The notes beneath the pieces are model-generated. The model had not been told where the DNA came from. It was given only the letters and a program-made list of their open reading frames with translations, and did no database searches. A program made the translations under genes and the position numbers. A DNA stretch of 64,000 nt. Origin: a virus. The stretch spans positions 1 to 64,000 of IMG/VR virus record IMGVR_UViG_3300033553_000116. One strand, given 5' to 3'. Below are positions 19,529 to 29,633 of the stretch, in pieces (the first letter of the stretch is position 1; each line of letters begins with the position of its first letter).

Positions 19529-20302
19529 TTATAAACCTGCTCCAGCTGACCCATAACGTGCGGTACCTACTGACGTTTCAGTACCTACTAACGTACCATC
19601 ACCAGAGATCCTAGTTACTGTATTAGAGTATCCACCATTAACCCCACCATAGAAAACACCATTATCACCTACTGCCGCTCCAGCATGATAGATACGTACG
19701 ATACCTACTGTAGTCTGTGCCCCTACTAGCGTACCGTCACCAGAGATCCTAGTTACTGTATTAGAGTATCCACCGGTGTCTACCCCACCATAGAAAACAC
19801 CATTATCACCTACGGACGCACCAGCTAGTGCATAACGTGCGGTACCCAATGTAGTCTCTGAGCCTACTAGCGTACCGGCACCAGAGATCCTAGTTACTGT
19901 ATTGAGGTAAGTACCACTACGCCCACCATAGAAAACACCATTATCACCCACTGCCGCACCAGCTAGTGCATAACGTGCGGTACCTACTGACGTTTCAGTA
20001 CCTACTAACGTACCGGCACCAGAGATCCTAGTTAGTTTATTGAGGTAAGTACCATCATACCCACCATAGAAAACACCATTATCACCCACTGCCGCACCGG
20101 CCAAGTAAGATCTACCACTACCTACTGACGTTTCAGAGCCTACTAGTGTACCATCACCAGAGATCCTAGTTAGTTTATTAGAGTATCCACCAACATACCC
20201 ACCATAGAAAACCCCTACTATATTAGTGCCTCCGTTAACCACCTTACGTCTAGACATCATAGCACTAAACGTTATACTGTTAATTAAATTACTTCTCATC
20301 AC
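19529..20302 (-). CDS. Kelch-like beta-propeller repeat protein (five 46-47-aa repeats)
   Basis: GVFYGG...YxNxxTRISGxGTLVGxETxxG..R...AGAAVGDN unit repeated five times, also at DNA level. Confidence 0.8.
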   Translation of the reverse strand: MMRSNLINSITFSAMMSRRKVVNGGTNIVGVFYGGYVGGYSNKLTRISGDGTLVGSETSVGSGRSYLAGAAVGDNGVFYGGYDGTYLNKLTRISGAGTLVGTETSVGTARYALAGAAVGDNGVFYGGRSGTYLNTVTRISGAGTLVGSETTLGTARYALAGASVGDNGVFYGGVDTGGYSNTVTRISGDGTLVGAQTTVGIVRIYHAGAAVGDNGVFYGGVNGGYSNTVTRISGDGTLVGTETSVGTARYGSAGAGL

Positions 20303-20355
20303 TATATCCTTTAGTATTAGTTCATAAAATAGATCTGTAATTTACATATAAACAT

Positions 20356-20577
20356 CTAATACTTTCCTGTATATACCCACCAATCAAGTGGACGGTACCA
20401 ATTCTGGGCACCTTTGATAAAGGTATACCCGCCAAGTATAATTGCAAGAACTATATTCTCCATATCAACTATACAAACGTATACAACCCATAAGGCTATC
20501 CACATTATAATTAACGGTGGAACTACACCCAGTATCATAATAATAAAATATTCTTTAACATCTAAGATACTAGGCAT
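20356..20577 (-). CDS. Small membrane protein (two hydrophobic segments)
   Basis: Hydrophobic ORF overlapping the end of the upstream gene. Confidence 0.5.
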   Translation of the reverse strand: MPSILDVKEYFIIMILGVVPPLIIMWIALWVVYVCIVDMENIVLAIILGGYTFIKGAQNWYRPLDWWVYTGKY

Positions 20578-22256
20578 TCTTCTTCCTCAAAGGCATGTAG
20601 CAGTTCATCGAATGATGGTGCTTTAAATATATTTCTACAAATCTCTGTTGCGTTTACATGAGACGCAGAAAGATTAATAGTAGCCATCCTTACTGTGAGT
20701 TCATCTACATTTTTAATTCTAGAAAGTTCCCTATAGGTTGTCTCTTTAGAAATGTTTAAGAAGTACTCAGTAGATGGATATGCTGCACTTAAATCCAAAT
20801 CGGCTACATGGAGACGCATCATTGATCTAACGTTTGGTAATTCCTTTATTAAAGGTATGCCATTTTCTACTGTTAAATGTGTTGGTAAGGTGATGACCCA
20901 ACCTACCATATTAGTTACGTGCTTGTCAATATCTGCAGTCATCTGATCTGATGCACAAGCTATGACCTTACCTTTTTCCTGACAGAAGAAGTATAAGTTG
21001 TCTATAAGACGTTTAGGCTGTGAATCAAAGATCTTGTATTCGGAGATACCGGATAGTACAGTAATGGAAGTAGATAAGTCTTTTACCTCTTCATCAAATA
21101 ACTCAACACCAATACAATCGAAGATGTTGTATACACCATACTCAATCTTCTTTTCGCTCTGCATAAACTGATGCCACTCTAAACCACTTAGATGGTCAGC
21201 TTCTGTAAACTTAAGCTTACGCATGCCTAAATGTTTATTTAGAAGGGCGTCAAGACTATAACTAGGCTCATTCATAGCTGCAACACGGATACGCTTGTAC
21301 ATACACATTGAATCAATTAAATAGAACGATGCAGGACATTCTGCAATGTGCCATCTATCAGCAAAGTGAATAGAAGATATTGCACCACTAGCAGTTACCT
21401 TCTGTGTTCTACCTTGCTTATATTTAAAGAACTTAAATCTATTAGGTACAGAAGGATCACTAAATACCTGAGCAGGGTCATAACCAAAGAACTCTAAACA
21501 AGTTATAATGCGGGGTATATCGAAGTCAATGTTCCAGACAGTTAAGAAGTCAGGCTGCCAGATATGTGCTTGAGCAATGGCATATGCACAAGCTTCACCA
21601 GCGTTGTCACAAATCTTAATGTCTAGAGTAATATTTCTAGCTTTAATAATGTCACCCAATAACTCATGTGCTTTATCTCTAAGCTTCTGGATTGGATTTT
21701 GGATAGTGCCGATATATTCTTTAGTTGCTGTTAGAACTACCTTATCCTTAAAACTAATACAAACTAGAATAGGTCGTTCATGTCCATTAACAACATCTGT
21801 TTCAATATCTAGTACCGCCACTCCGTTTGGACTTGCTGCATCGGGATATCTATCTCTATAACGCTTCTTAATAAGGGTAGGGGTAGAGATATCTGCACCG
21901 TAGATATATGGTGAACGTGCAAGCTTTCTAAGTCCACCTTTCATACCTGGTTTACCTAATGCCTTTGCAACGCTTTCAGTTAACTTGGCTTCAGTAGTTG
22001 TAAACTTCTGTAGTTTAGAAAGGTCTTCCCATTCTTTCTTTTCATTGTCTTTACTACGGTAACCCTCTTTGGTTATATAGAAGTCTTTCTTAAAGTTCTT
22101 GATGAAATACATATTGGGAATTACTTCACCGGAAGTGGTAGTTATAACTTCTTTAACGGTGATTAAATCATCACCACTATAGTCATTTGCTCTACCATAT
22201 ACCGCATGCTTACACTCGATTGATGCTATTTGATCTAGGGGTACTGGACGTTGCAT
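20562..22256 (-). CDS. Split family-B DNA polymerase, 3'-5' exonuclease subunit with motif A (phiKZ gp82-like)
   Basis: LDIETD (ExoI), WNIDFD (ExoII), YNIFD (ExoIII), SYSLD and DLDLSAAYPS. Confidence 0.85.
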   Translation of the reverse strand: MQRPVPLDQIASIECKHAVYGRANDYSGDDLITVKEVITTTSGEVIPNMYFIKNFKKDFYITKEGYRSKDNEKKEWEDLSKLQKFTTTEAKLTESVAKALGKPGMKGGLRKLARSPYIYGADISTPTLIKKRYRDRYPDAASPNGVAVLDIETDVVNGHERPILVCISFKDKVVLTATKEYIGTIQNPIQKLRDKAHELLGDIIKARNITLDIKICDNAGEACAYAIAQAHIWQPDFLTVWNIDFDIPRIITCLEFFGYDPAQVFSDPSVPNRFKFFKYKQGRTQKVTASGAISSIHFADRWHIAECPASFYLIDSMCMYKRIRVAAMNEPSYSLDALLNKHLGMRKLKFTEADHLSGLEWHQFMQSEKKIEYGVYNIFDCIGVELFDEEVKDLSTSITVLSGISEYKIFDSQPKRLIDNLYFFCQEKGKVIACASDQMTADIDKHVTNMVGWVITLPTHLTVENGIPLIKELPNVRSMMRLHVADLDLSAAYPSTEYFLNISKETTYRELSRIKNVDELTVRMATINLSASHVNATEICRNIFKAPSFDELLHAFEEEECLVS

Positions 22257-22356
22257 TTACCGCTCCTTAAAAAGTTTAGGCTATTCTTATGAATAAAAGT
22301 TATTGAGACTAAAAGATTAGTCTAATAAATACGAAATTACGTTTAGGAGGAAACCC

Positions 22357-23628
22357 GTGCTTAAGAAATACATTTCACCGTCTTTAGAGGCCATTGATTC
22401 ACAGGGGAAATCAATGCTATTTAAAGAACTTACATTAGAATTTGATACTATTCTTCAAAACAAAGACTTCTCCAAGAAGGGCGTCCAAAAGAATTTGAAA
22501 AGAATGGAAGAGATCATCAAAAAGAGTGTAGGGATAGAAGTTTACCTAGTAATGGATGAGGACACTCTTCCTAATGCATATGTGATTCCACCAGACATTG
22601 ATTCTAGTAATCCTATCCTTACTGACTTCCATAAAGCAATTACTAAGAGCGACGCTGGATTAAAGTTAATTAAAAGTACTGGTGGTGTATTGCACGCTAG
22701 CGTTAATCGTCAAACCAGTAAAGTTTCTGGAGCATTCACTAAGTTCCCAGTTAACATTCATTTTAGTAAAGGTTTGTTAACATACCCTAGTCTAGATATG
22801 TCAGCAGGAGAGCTTGCAGCTATCATCATCCATGAGATTGGACATGTGTTTACATACATGGAATACTTGGGTACTGGCATTACTACTAACTATGTGTTAC
22901 AACACACTAGCCGTACTCTCTTGGAAACTAGAGAAATCAAACGCCGTTATGAAATTGTTAAAGAAACTGAAAAGCTTTTGGATATCGAAGTCCAAGATAT
23001 TGATGCCCTAACAAAGACAGACAACGAAACTGTAATACAGACCGTACTATTGCGTGAAGTTGCAGTTAAAAGAATGTCTGAGTTAGATTCTAATACATAC
23101 GACTTAACTGCATGGGAAATGTTATCTGACCAATTCGCTGCAAGACATGGCGCTGGTAAAGATATCACTATGGCATTAGCTAAGATGCATAAGCTTTTCG
23201 GAGATAGTGCATTTCAGAATCAGGGTGAATTTATGTTTACTCAGGTTATAACAGGTGTTCTAGCATTGCTTACTACCATAATGACTGCCGGTGTATTTGC
23301 TATCTTATTATTCTTTGTCCTTGATCCAACTATAGGACTTTATGATAAGTTAGAAGCTAGACTGACTCGTGTTAAACGTGACTTGATTTCTCAGTTGAAG
23401 GAAGGTACTGCTAACAAAGAATATAAAGATGTTCTAGTTAAAGACATCGCAGATATTGATGACCTTCTTTCTACTATGAAAGATAGACAGAATTTTATAG
23501 AGCTTTGGTGGGTTACGGTAATGCCTAAGTCACGAAGAAATTATAAACAGTTGGTTTTCCAACAAGAGCTAGAAGCAATGGTAAATAATGATTTATTTAC
23601 AGCTAGCCACAAATTAAAAAACGTTTAA
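22357..23628 (+). CDS. Virion protein with zincin metallopeptidase motif (phiKZ gp83/84 region)
   Basis: NAY, ELAAIIIHEIGH and E.LSDQFAARHG motifs; N-terminal SLE protease site. Confidence 0.75.
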   Translation: MLKKYISPSLEAIDSQGKSMLFKELTLEFDTILQNKDFSKKGVQKNLKRMEEIIKKSVGIEVYLVMDEDTLPNAYVIPPDIDSSNPILTDFHKAITKSDAGLKLIKSTGGVLHASVNRQTSKVSGAFTKFPVNIHFSKGLLTYPSLDMSAGELAAIIIHEIGHVFTYMEYLGTGITTNYVLQHTSRTLLETREIKRRYEIVKETEKLLDIEVQDIDALTKTDNETVIQTVLLREVAVKRMSELDSNTYDLTAWEMLSDQFAARHGAGKDITMALAKMHKLFGDSAFQNQGEFMFTQVITGVLALLTTIMTAGVFAILLFFVLDPTIGLYDKLEARLTRVKRDLISQLKEGTANKEYKDVLVKDIADIDDLLSTMKDRQNFIELWWVTVMPKSRRNYKQLVFQQELEAMVNNDLFTASHKLKNV

Positions 23629-23644
23629 AGGTAAGGATATAAAA

Positions 23645-24079
23645 ATGAAAACAATATTAGAGGCAGTAAGATTAGTTGTTAACAGTAACTCAGTTGATTT
23701 TAAAGATAAAGCTAAGTTAGCAGCTACCTTAGCCGCAGAAGCACTTGCAGCACAGGTACCGATTCCGACAGAAGCAATTGGTGAAACTGCAGGGTTCTTT
23801 AGAACGAATCATAAAGTAGCAGTAATGGTAGCACTATCAAAAGTCAATGAGTTCATTGTACTTGACCTAGATCAAACGTGTGACCTTGTATATCACATGT
23901 GGAATATCCGTTACAGCATTGTACATACACCTAATGACCCAGCAATCGCTAGACTGACATCACTAATGTTTGCTGGCAATGGTTCACATATCCCAAATAT
24001 CTATAGAGAAGTTGCTGCTAAGTATCCGAAACTATATTTTTCTAGATGGGACTTAGAAGAAATCAATAAGGAACTATAA
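23645..24079 (+). CDS. Putative virion protein
   Basis: In a structural operon; RBS. Confidence 0.55.
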   Translation: MKTILEAVRLVVNSNSVDFKDKAKLAATLAAEALAAQVPIPTEAIGETAGFFRTNHKVAVMVALSKVNEFIVLDLDQTCDLVYHMWNIRYSIVHTPNDPAIARLTSLMFAGNGSHIPNIYREVAAKYPKLYFSRWDLEEINKEL

Positions 24080-25221
24080 TGACTGAACAACTAAAACTAA
24101 CAGAAGCTGAGTCAATTGCACTTGAACACTGTGATAATAAGTTGGAGTTCATTGCATTAACAGACACCCTTACTGATTTAAGATTTGCATTAGAACAAAT
24201 GAGTTCTATGGGTGGCGTTACTCAAGCCATGGCAAAGCCGTATGAAAACGCTTTACCTGAGAATGTGTTATTAGCTAGCTTTACTAAGTTACCTTCACAG
24301 ACTAACATAGCTGAGTTCACTGCAACTATGGAAGAGTTGACTACATCTACTTTGGATAGTCTTATCGTTAACATTAATAAGTCATTAAAATTCTTTATTG
24401 ATTTTAATACCATGCGAGACATTACCTTTGACTTTAGTTTCCTTAAGGAAGCATACGTCGTAGGTAGTGATGCAGTACCGGCATTGGTTGAGAAGTATAA
24501 TAAAGATTACAAATATGACTACAGTCGTTTTAGTGAGATGACACTACTATCCCCAGGCTCTGAATTAAAAGAGATTATGGATAATGGTGAGTTTATCTAC
24601 GGTGAAGTTTTAAATAGGATCATCGGATTCTTAGAGGCCTTCAATGCTATTGCTAACGATACCACTGCAGACTTCGATGTAGCAAAATTGAACTTGTTGT
24701 TAAATGAGATTAATGCCCTTTATGGTTCTGTAATTGATAAGTTTTCTATTGTACCTAACCGTGGTGAATTTTTAACTAGTACTCCTAACGATATTCTAAC
24801 TTTGGGTGATTTAATTAATTCATTTATAGATGAAGCTAAATCAGCTGACCCTATAGAAGAGTTTGAGATTACTCGAGTAGATCATGCAATAGAAGATGCT
24901 AGTTTTGAAACAGGTATTTATAAGAGCACCACTACACCCTTAATTCATTTAGATATGTCTATACAACGTAGAACCAGATCTATTGAAAAGGAATTAAGTA
25001 AGTTAGGTGTTGCTAGCACTACCTTATTCAATATAGGCGAACTGCATAAAGTAGAAGCCCTAGGCGGTGTAGAGAAATTCCTTATAGCTATTACTAATGG
25101 CATTGAGTTCATCTACGGATATACAAAAAGCAGAGATGTGATTCTTAAAGAAGAGCTATTGTTTGGTAATGTCCTTCAGGCTTACAAAGATGAAACAAAG
25201 AAAGCAAATCAAGTAGTATAA
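24079..25221 (+). CDS. Putative internal head protein
   Basis: ALE sites and the SFTKLPSQTN motif seen in phiKZ-like head proteins. Confidence 0.6.
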   Translation: MTEQLKLTEAESIALEHCDNKLEFIALTDTLTDLRFALEQMSSMGGVTQAMAKPYENALPENVLLASFTKLPSQTNIAEFTATMEELTTSTLDSLIVNINKSLKFFIDFNTMRDITFDFSFLKEAYVVGSDAVPALVEKYNKDYKYDYSRFSEMTLLSPGSELKEIMDNGEFIYGEVLNRIIGFLEAFNAIANDTTADFDVAKLNLLLNEINALYGSVIDKFSIVPNRGEFLTSTPNDILTLGDLINSFIDEAKSADPIEEFEITRVDHAIEDASFETGIYKSTTTPLIHLDMSIQRRTRSIEKELSKLGVASTTLFNIGELHKVEALGGVEKFLIAITNGIEFIYGYTKSRDVILKEELLFGNVLQAYKDETKKANQVV

Positions 25222-25229
25222 CGGCATAA

Positions 25230-25263
25230 ATAGATAGAGGGTCCGAAGACCCTCTATCTATGC
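25230..25263. terminator. Bidirectional terminator
   Basis: tagatagagggtc/gaccctctatcta. Confidence 0.8.
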
Positions 25264-25749
25264 TATTTCTCTATGAAGAATTTGTACAGGAATATCCATA
25301 GGCTCTAAGTATTTAAACATTAGTTCCTTAACATCCTTAGTATAATCCAACCTACCTAAACCACACCCTACTGGTGTAATAGCTAATTCGGTTATACCTA
25401 ATTCTTTATAATTTTTAGAAATGAATTCTAAACCTAAAACAATGTCCCCTATATCACTATCATCTTTCCAATGTAACTTAGATGGAAATAATAGAACATT
25501 TTGATTAGACTTAGGGATTGGGTATATCTTACATAAACCTGGTGACAATAGACCTTCAGCACAAAGGTTTTTATAAAAGTGATGAAGTCCTTGAATACGA
25601 TTTCTCATCGCTAAGGCAAGTCCTGCACCCATGACACCTACGGTATTAACTGGACAAACAATGGTCTGTGCTTTATTAGTTAAGATATTACCAAATCCTT
25701 CATAAACGATCGGCATAGTTATTTTTCCTTTTCTTTTTTCATTGCACAA
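25258..25749 (-). CDS. DarG-like macrodomain ADP-ribosylglycohydrolase (probable start MPIVYEG near 25716)
   Basis: GNIL, VNTVGVMGAGLA, FPSK..W and GCGLG.L motifs. Confidence 0.85.
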   Translation of the reverse strand: MCNEKRKGKITMPIVYEGFGNILTNKAQTIVCPVNTVGVMGAGLALAMRNRIQGLHHFYKNLCAEGLLSPGLCKIYPIPKSNQNVLLFPSKLHWKDDSDIGDIVLGLEFISKNYKELGITELAITPVGCGLGRLDYTKDVKELMFKYLEPMDIPVQILHREIA

Positions 25750-25773
25750 AAGCCCTCCCTGAAGGGAGGGCTA
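25750..25773 (-). terminator. Terminator hairpin
   Basis: agccctccc/gggagggct. Confidence 0.7.
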
Positions 25774-25787
25774 ATGTTATTTAAATA

Positions 25788-26768
25788 TTATACGCCTTGA
25801 TAGAAGCCTTCTACACGCTGTTCCATTTCATGGTCCTTGAACCCTTCCATAGTACCTTGTAGATCAACTTGTTTAAGAGCATGTGCTCTAGTTGAAGGTT
25901 CGCAAGTAGTGATAAGTAGATTAAGCATGCGCTCAAAGTTCTTACGGTCATTGATAGGCAAAGTAATCTGCTCAAAGTAACGGAATAAATAACGCTCACT
26001 AAATGCACCTTTACGGTTTTCTTTTACTGCAGTAAGTAACTCACCGAATAACTTGTAGAAAAGACTACCTTCTTGACGTAAGACCAATTGAATCAAACGG
26101 AAGAATTTAGTTTGTGCAACAACACCTTCATTACCAGAGTGTGAACGACCAGGCTTCATCATTGCAAGATATTCATCAATACCATCTGAGACCATTGATT
26201 CAACAGGTGACTTCTTATTAACCTCAGTCACTGGAGCATCTAGAGGAACAGCTACGGCAGGACGTGTAACATCTGCGCCCGTACCATCGGGACCTTCCAA
26301 TCCTTCAGATCCTTCCGCACCAACATCGTAACCAATACTAGGTGAATCATCACCAGCTATAACAACATCTAGCTCATTTTCACCAATGGTAACATCATCA
26401 AGATTAACATCGTCAAGAGGAGCTGACTCTTCTTCAGTTATTGGTGTATCTTCAATAGGCGCGTCTTCAGGTGGTGCATCAGCTTCTGATGTATCCTGGG
26501 CATCCATCCAAGGTTGAACGTATTCTAGCATCTCAGCAGATTCTGGAGTAGTCGCTAACATAACAGCCTCTCTGACTGTAGATCTAACAGCTTCCATACC
26601 ATCTTCAACTAATTCAAAACGAAGAATAGTCTCTGAAGTCACTTCTTCATCTGTAGCGTTATCGCCTGCAGCAAGACCGCCAAAAGCCCATAGTGCCAAT
26701 TCGTTGTTAGTCCAATTCTTCGCTTTCTTATTATTTACTTCTGACATAATAAACTTCCTTTGTTTCAT
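25788..26768 (-). CDS. Conserved Chimalliviridae protein (gp79-like) with acidic linker; probable start 26747
   Basis: Y...M.PG and AFSERYLFRYF motifs; next to the vRNAP subunit. Confidence 0.6.
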   Translation of the reverse strand: MKQRKFIMSEVNNKKAKNWTNNELALWAFGGLAAGDNATDEEVTSETILRFELVEDGMEAVRSTVREAVMLATTPESAEMLEYVQPWMDAQDTSEADAPPEDAPIEDTPITEEESAPLDDVNLDDVTIGENELDVVIAGDDSPSIGYDVGAEGSEGLEGPDGTGADVTRPAVAVPLDAPVTEVNKKSPVESMVSDGIDEYLAMMKPGRSHSGNEGVVAQTKFFRLIQLVLRQEGSLFYKLFGELLTAVKENRKGAFSERYLFRYFEQITLPINDRKNFERMLNLLITTCEPSTRAHALKQVDLQGTMEGFKDHEMEQRVEGFYQGV

Positions 26769-26843
26769 TTACATTTTATTAATATTGATTATAGAGAACA
26801 TACAATTACCTGTTCCCTAAAGAAAAACTTAAATACCCATTCG

Positions 26844-28139
26844 TTACGAGATACTAGAGGTAATGTCATAAAGAGTAGTGCTCAGAGTATTACTGTGCAT
26901 CTTCTTCATCTCCAAATTCATCAAGGTACTTGTGATAGCCGATGTATAAGCCGCTAATGCATGTGGGCTCTCAGTATTAGGTGTACCCATACATACTCTA
27001 CAGAACTTACCATCAGGACCTTTACAGAATTGAGGACTTCTTTTAATAATAGACTTACCTATAAAGGAGGGTCCATTTTTCTCATCAATCAATTCAGGGT
27101 CGCCATTAGACTTAATACGATAGAAGCCAATGTACTTAACCAGATTAGCTTGAGTGATATCAACATCCCAACCTAGCTTACTACCACAATCATCTCCATC
27201 AATATCTACGTTCTGGAACATACGGTTTACTATCTTAGTAGCGTAGCCACCAAGACCCGTACCTTTACCACGAGCATATGAGGCCTCACGTAAAGAGTTA
27301 ACCATTGCAGGTAACTTCTCAGTATCCCAACCCTCTGACAGACTACCATCAACCAGTTCAGGCTCTTGTCCAAATCCACGTTCCAGACCATGCATCACAT
27401 GCATTTTCTTTCTTGCAGTTTTATAATGTTTTTCTAGATGATAGAACCCCTCACTGATATCGCCCTTAATCCAGGCTCTATCCATGGCTACTAATTCTTC
27501 TTCTATCTTAGCAATGACTGTAGGATCATCTAGCTGATCCTTATACTGCGTTAGAAGCTCCTTACGACGTTTTGGTATGTTTGGGTCAGTAGTTAACGCC
27601 TTAGGTGATGCGGATGGCACACAGAGCTGCGAGAAGCCCTCTAAGGCTAATGTAGAGTCAATGAATAGTAAATACTCATCTACAAAGATAGGATTATCAA
27701 CTACTCTACTATTTTTATCCTGATATTTAACATTAGTAGTTAATCTACTGGCAACTATTCGTTCAATCACCTTAATGTCAAACTCACCTGTAACAAAGTC
27801 AATCTTATCACCTAGAGGAAATACTAATGAAATCATATTTACTAATAACTGACCTACCGTTACAGTAGCTGCTACTTTTAAATTCTGAACATCTCCAGGT
27901 TTTAAATTAATAACATCCTTAAATCCAAACAATGGTGCTTTGGTGTCACTGTCTTCAATGATTTCCATAACCTCAGTTTCAGGATTATAGAACGTATATT
28001 GTCCAAGGCCATTATCTATTTCGAATGGTTTATTTTCAAGTGTGGAATTCCTGACTACACTGAATGCAGTGAATACCCAGGCACGGTCTTTATAGCACCC
28101 TGCGTTCAGGGCGCGTAATAGATACTCTCTACTATTCAT
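26844..28139 (-). CDS. Virion RNA polymerase beta'-like subunit (phiKZ gp80-like)
   Basis: SLSEGW, SY.RG..T.LGGY, DDCGS, RSPQFC, C.VCMG and MKKMH motifs. Confidence 0.85.
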   Translation of the reverse strand: MNSREYLLRALNAGCYKDRAWVFTAFSVVRNSTLENKPFEIDNGLGQYTFYNPETEVMEIIEDSDTKAPLFGFKDVINLKPGDVQNLKVAATVTVGQLLVNMISLVFPLGDKIDFVTGEFDIKVIERIVASRLTTNVKYQDKNSRVVDNPIFVDEYLLFIDSTLALEGFSQLCVPSASPKALTTDPNIPKRRKELLTQYKDQLDDPTVIAKIEEELVAMDRAWIKGDISEGFYHLEKHYKTARKKMHVMHGLERGFGQEPELVDGSLSEGWDTEKLPAMVNSLREASYARGKGTGLGGYATKIVNRMFQNVDIDGDDCGSKLGWDVDITQANLVKYIGFYRIKSNGDPELIDEKNGPSFIGKSIIKRSPQFCKGPDGKFCRVCMGTPNTESPHALAAYTSAITSTLMNLEMKKMHSNTLSTTLYDITSSIS

Positions 28140-28978
28140 TATACTTCCTGACTTAATTTGGTGACGTATGCGGTAGCTTTAGATACTACGTTAATGTCCA
28201 CAGCAAAGTCTTCACATAGTGAGACAGCCATAGGTACTAGTTCTTTATCTTCAAGGTCACTCATTAAAACTAAGCCCCATAATTCTAAGCCTAAACCTTC
28301 TGGTAAACTCTCGAAGTCAAACATAGCTTCTTCGAACTGTTCTAAGACTGCTTTAAAAGGTGTACCTAATCTAACACCATCTCGCAAGGCTTCATTGAAT
28401 AGTCGTGGATCATGTCTATCCCTAAACTTCCTTACACGTTTAAGTATAAAGTCAATATCTCGAGGTTCATCAACTTCTTCAAGACTCTGAATAGTTACAC
28501 GGATGGTATCGAGGAGAGAATCACTGACATCAGTGATATACACTGCAGCATCTTCCCACTGTATGTCTTCAATTAAAGATATGAGATCACATAGTGAATT
28601 ATGAGATGACTGCTCTTCCTGTAGGATGGAGGATATTGCATCTATATCACCATAGTTTGGCAATATGTTTAGTGCACTTATAATCTTAGTTACGATTTCT
28701 AAAGGCGCAGTACCATCAATAATAATTGAGAAGCGCTTTGATAGATCTAATAATTCGTCACGTAAAATATTGTAAATTTTTAATAGGTTATCACCGACAT
28801 CAACTTCGTCTAGATCACTTAGGATCAAAGCAACTTTCGTTTCGTGTTCGTTAATACCTAATTCTGTTAATAGTTCAAAACTCTCTAATATATTCTTACC
28901 GTTTTCTTCGGTTGTAGATAGTTCTAAAAAAGCATCTAACTGACTCATGTTAATACCTCTAAGGGAATAGTTATACAT
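28139..28978 (-). CDS. Conserved hypothetical acidic protein; probable start 28948
   Basis: Long ORF coupled to the vRNAP subunit; GAGG RBS before MSQL. Confidence 0.6.
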   Translation of the reverse strand: MYNYSLRGINMSQLDAFLELSTTEENGKNILESFELLTELGINEHETKVALILSDLDEVDVGDNLLKIYNILRDELLDLSKRFSIIIDGTAPLEIVTKIISALNILPNYGDIDAISSILQEEQSSHNSLCDLISLIEDIQWEDAAVYITDVSDSLLDTIRVTIQSLEEVDEPRDIDFILKRVRKFRDRHDPRLFNEALRDGVRLGTPFKAVLEQFEEAMFDFESLPEGLGLELWGLVLMSDLEDKELVPMAVSLCEDFAVDINVVSKATAYVTKLSQEV

Positions 28979-29085
28979 TAGATAGGTTAGAAGTAGTTAG
29001 TATTTTTTAACACCATTAGCGTATACTTTAGATTAAGTATATTAACTTAACTTATTAAAGTTTATAAAATTAAAAGGATACTACC

Positions 29086-29607
29086 ATGAGTAATGATAAA
29101 ACATCTGAGCTAGCAGAACAAGCAGTCATTGAAGGATTCGATGTAGACCGCGACGTTACAATCACAGATGTACCTGAAGAAGTAGTTGTTGAAGTTACCG
29201 CCGCTTCCGTCTTTAGTGAAATTGAAGCTGGTGGTAACACTGGTTGGGATGACCTAATGCGCATCTATTATGAAACTCAGGCCATCTCAACTGTACCGGG
29301 TGCAGTCTTGCCATTACTAAAAGACCCTAAGGCGTTGGCGCAGGTTGAAGACGTTGCATTATTAGAAAGACTATCTACAGCGTTAGTGCGATCCGTAAAT
29401 TATTATAGAGACACACAACAAGCTATCTTTGCCAAACACTCAACACGCACTGGCCCAAACACTGACCCAGATGACTTGATGCGATGTCTTGCTATTGCTG
29501 AAGAGTATAACATTTGGATGGCAGGTTACCAGGGTGAAATGAATGTACTAGTCGCAAATGTCCTAGAGATGTTTAATCCGACTTCTACTACAGTTACCCC
29601 TAAGTAA
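29086..29607 (+). CDS. Hypothetical protein
   Basis: AAGGA RBS, 173 aa. Confidence 0.65.
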   Translation: MSNDKTSELAEQAVIEGFDVDRDVTITDVPEEVVVEVTAASVFSEIEAGGNTGWDDLMRIYYETQAISTVPGAVLPLLKDPKALAQVEDVALLERLSTALVRSVNYYRDTQQAIFAKHSTRTGPNTDPDDLMRCLAIAEEYNIWMAGYQGEMNVLVANVLEMFNPTSTTVTPK

Positions 29608-29633
29608 AACGAAATAACAAAAGGATCAGTATT

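Noticed and set aside
19529-20302. CRISPR array or diversity-generating retroelement
   Set aside because: The repeats are in-frame coding units with no unique spacers, and there is no cas gene, reverse transcriptase or separate template repeat in the window.
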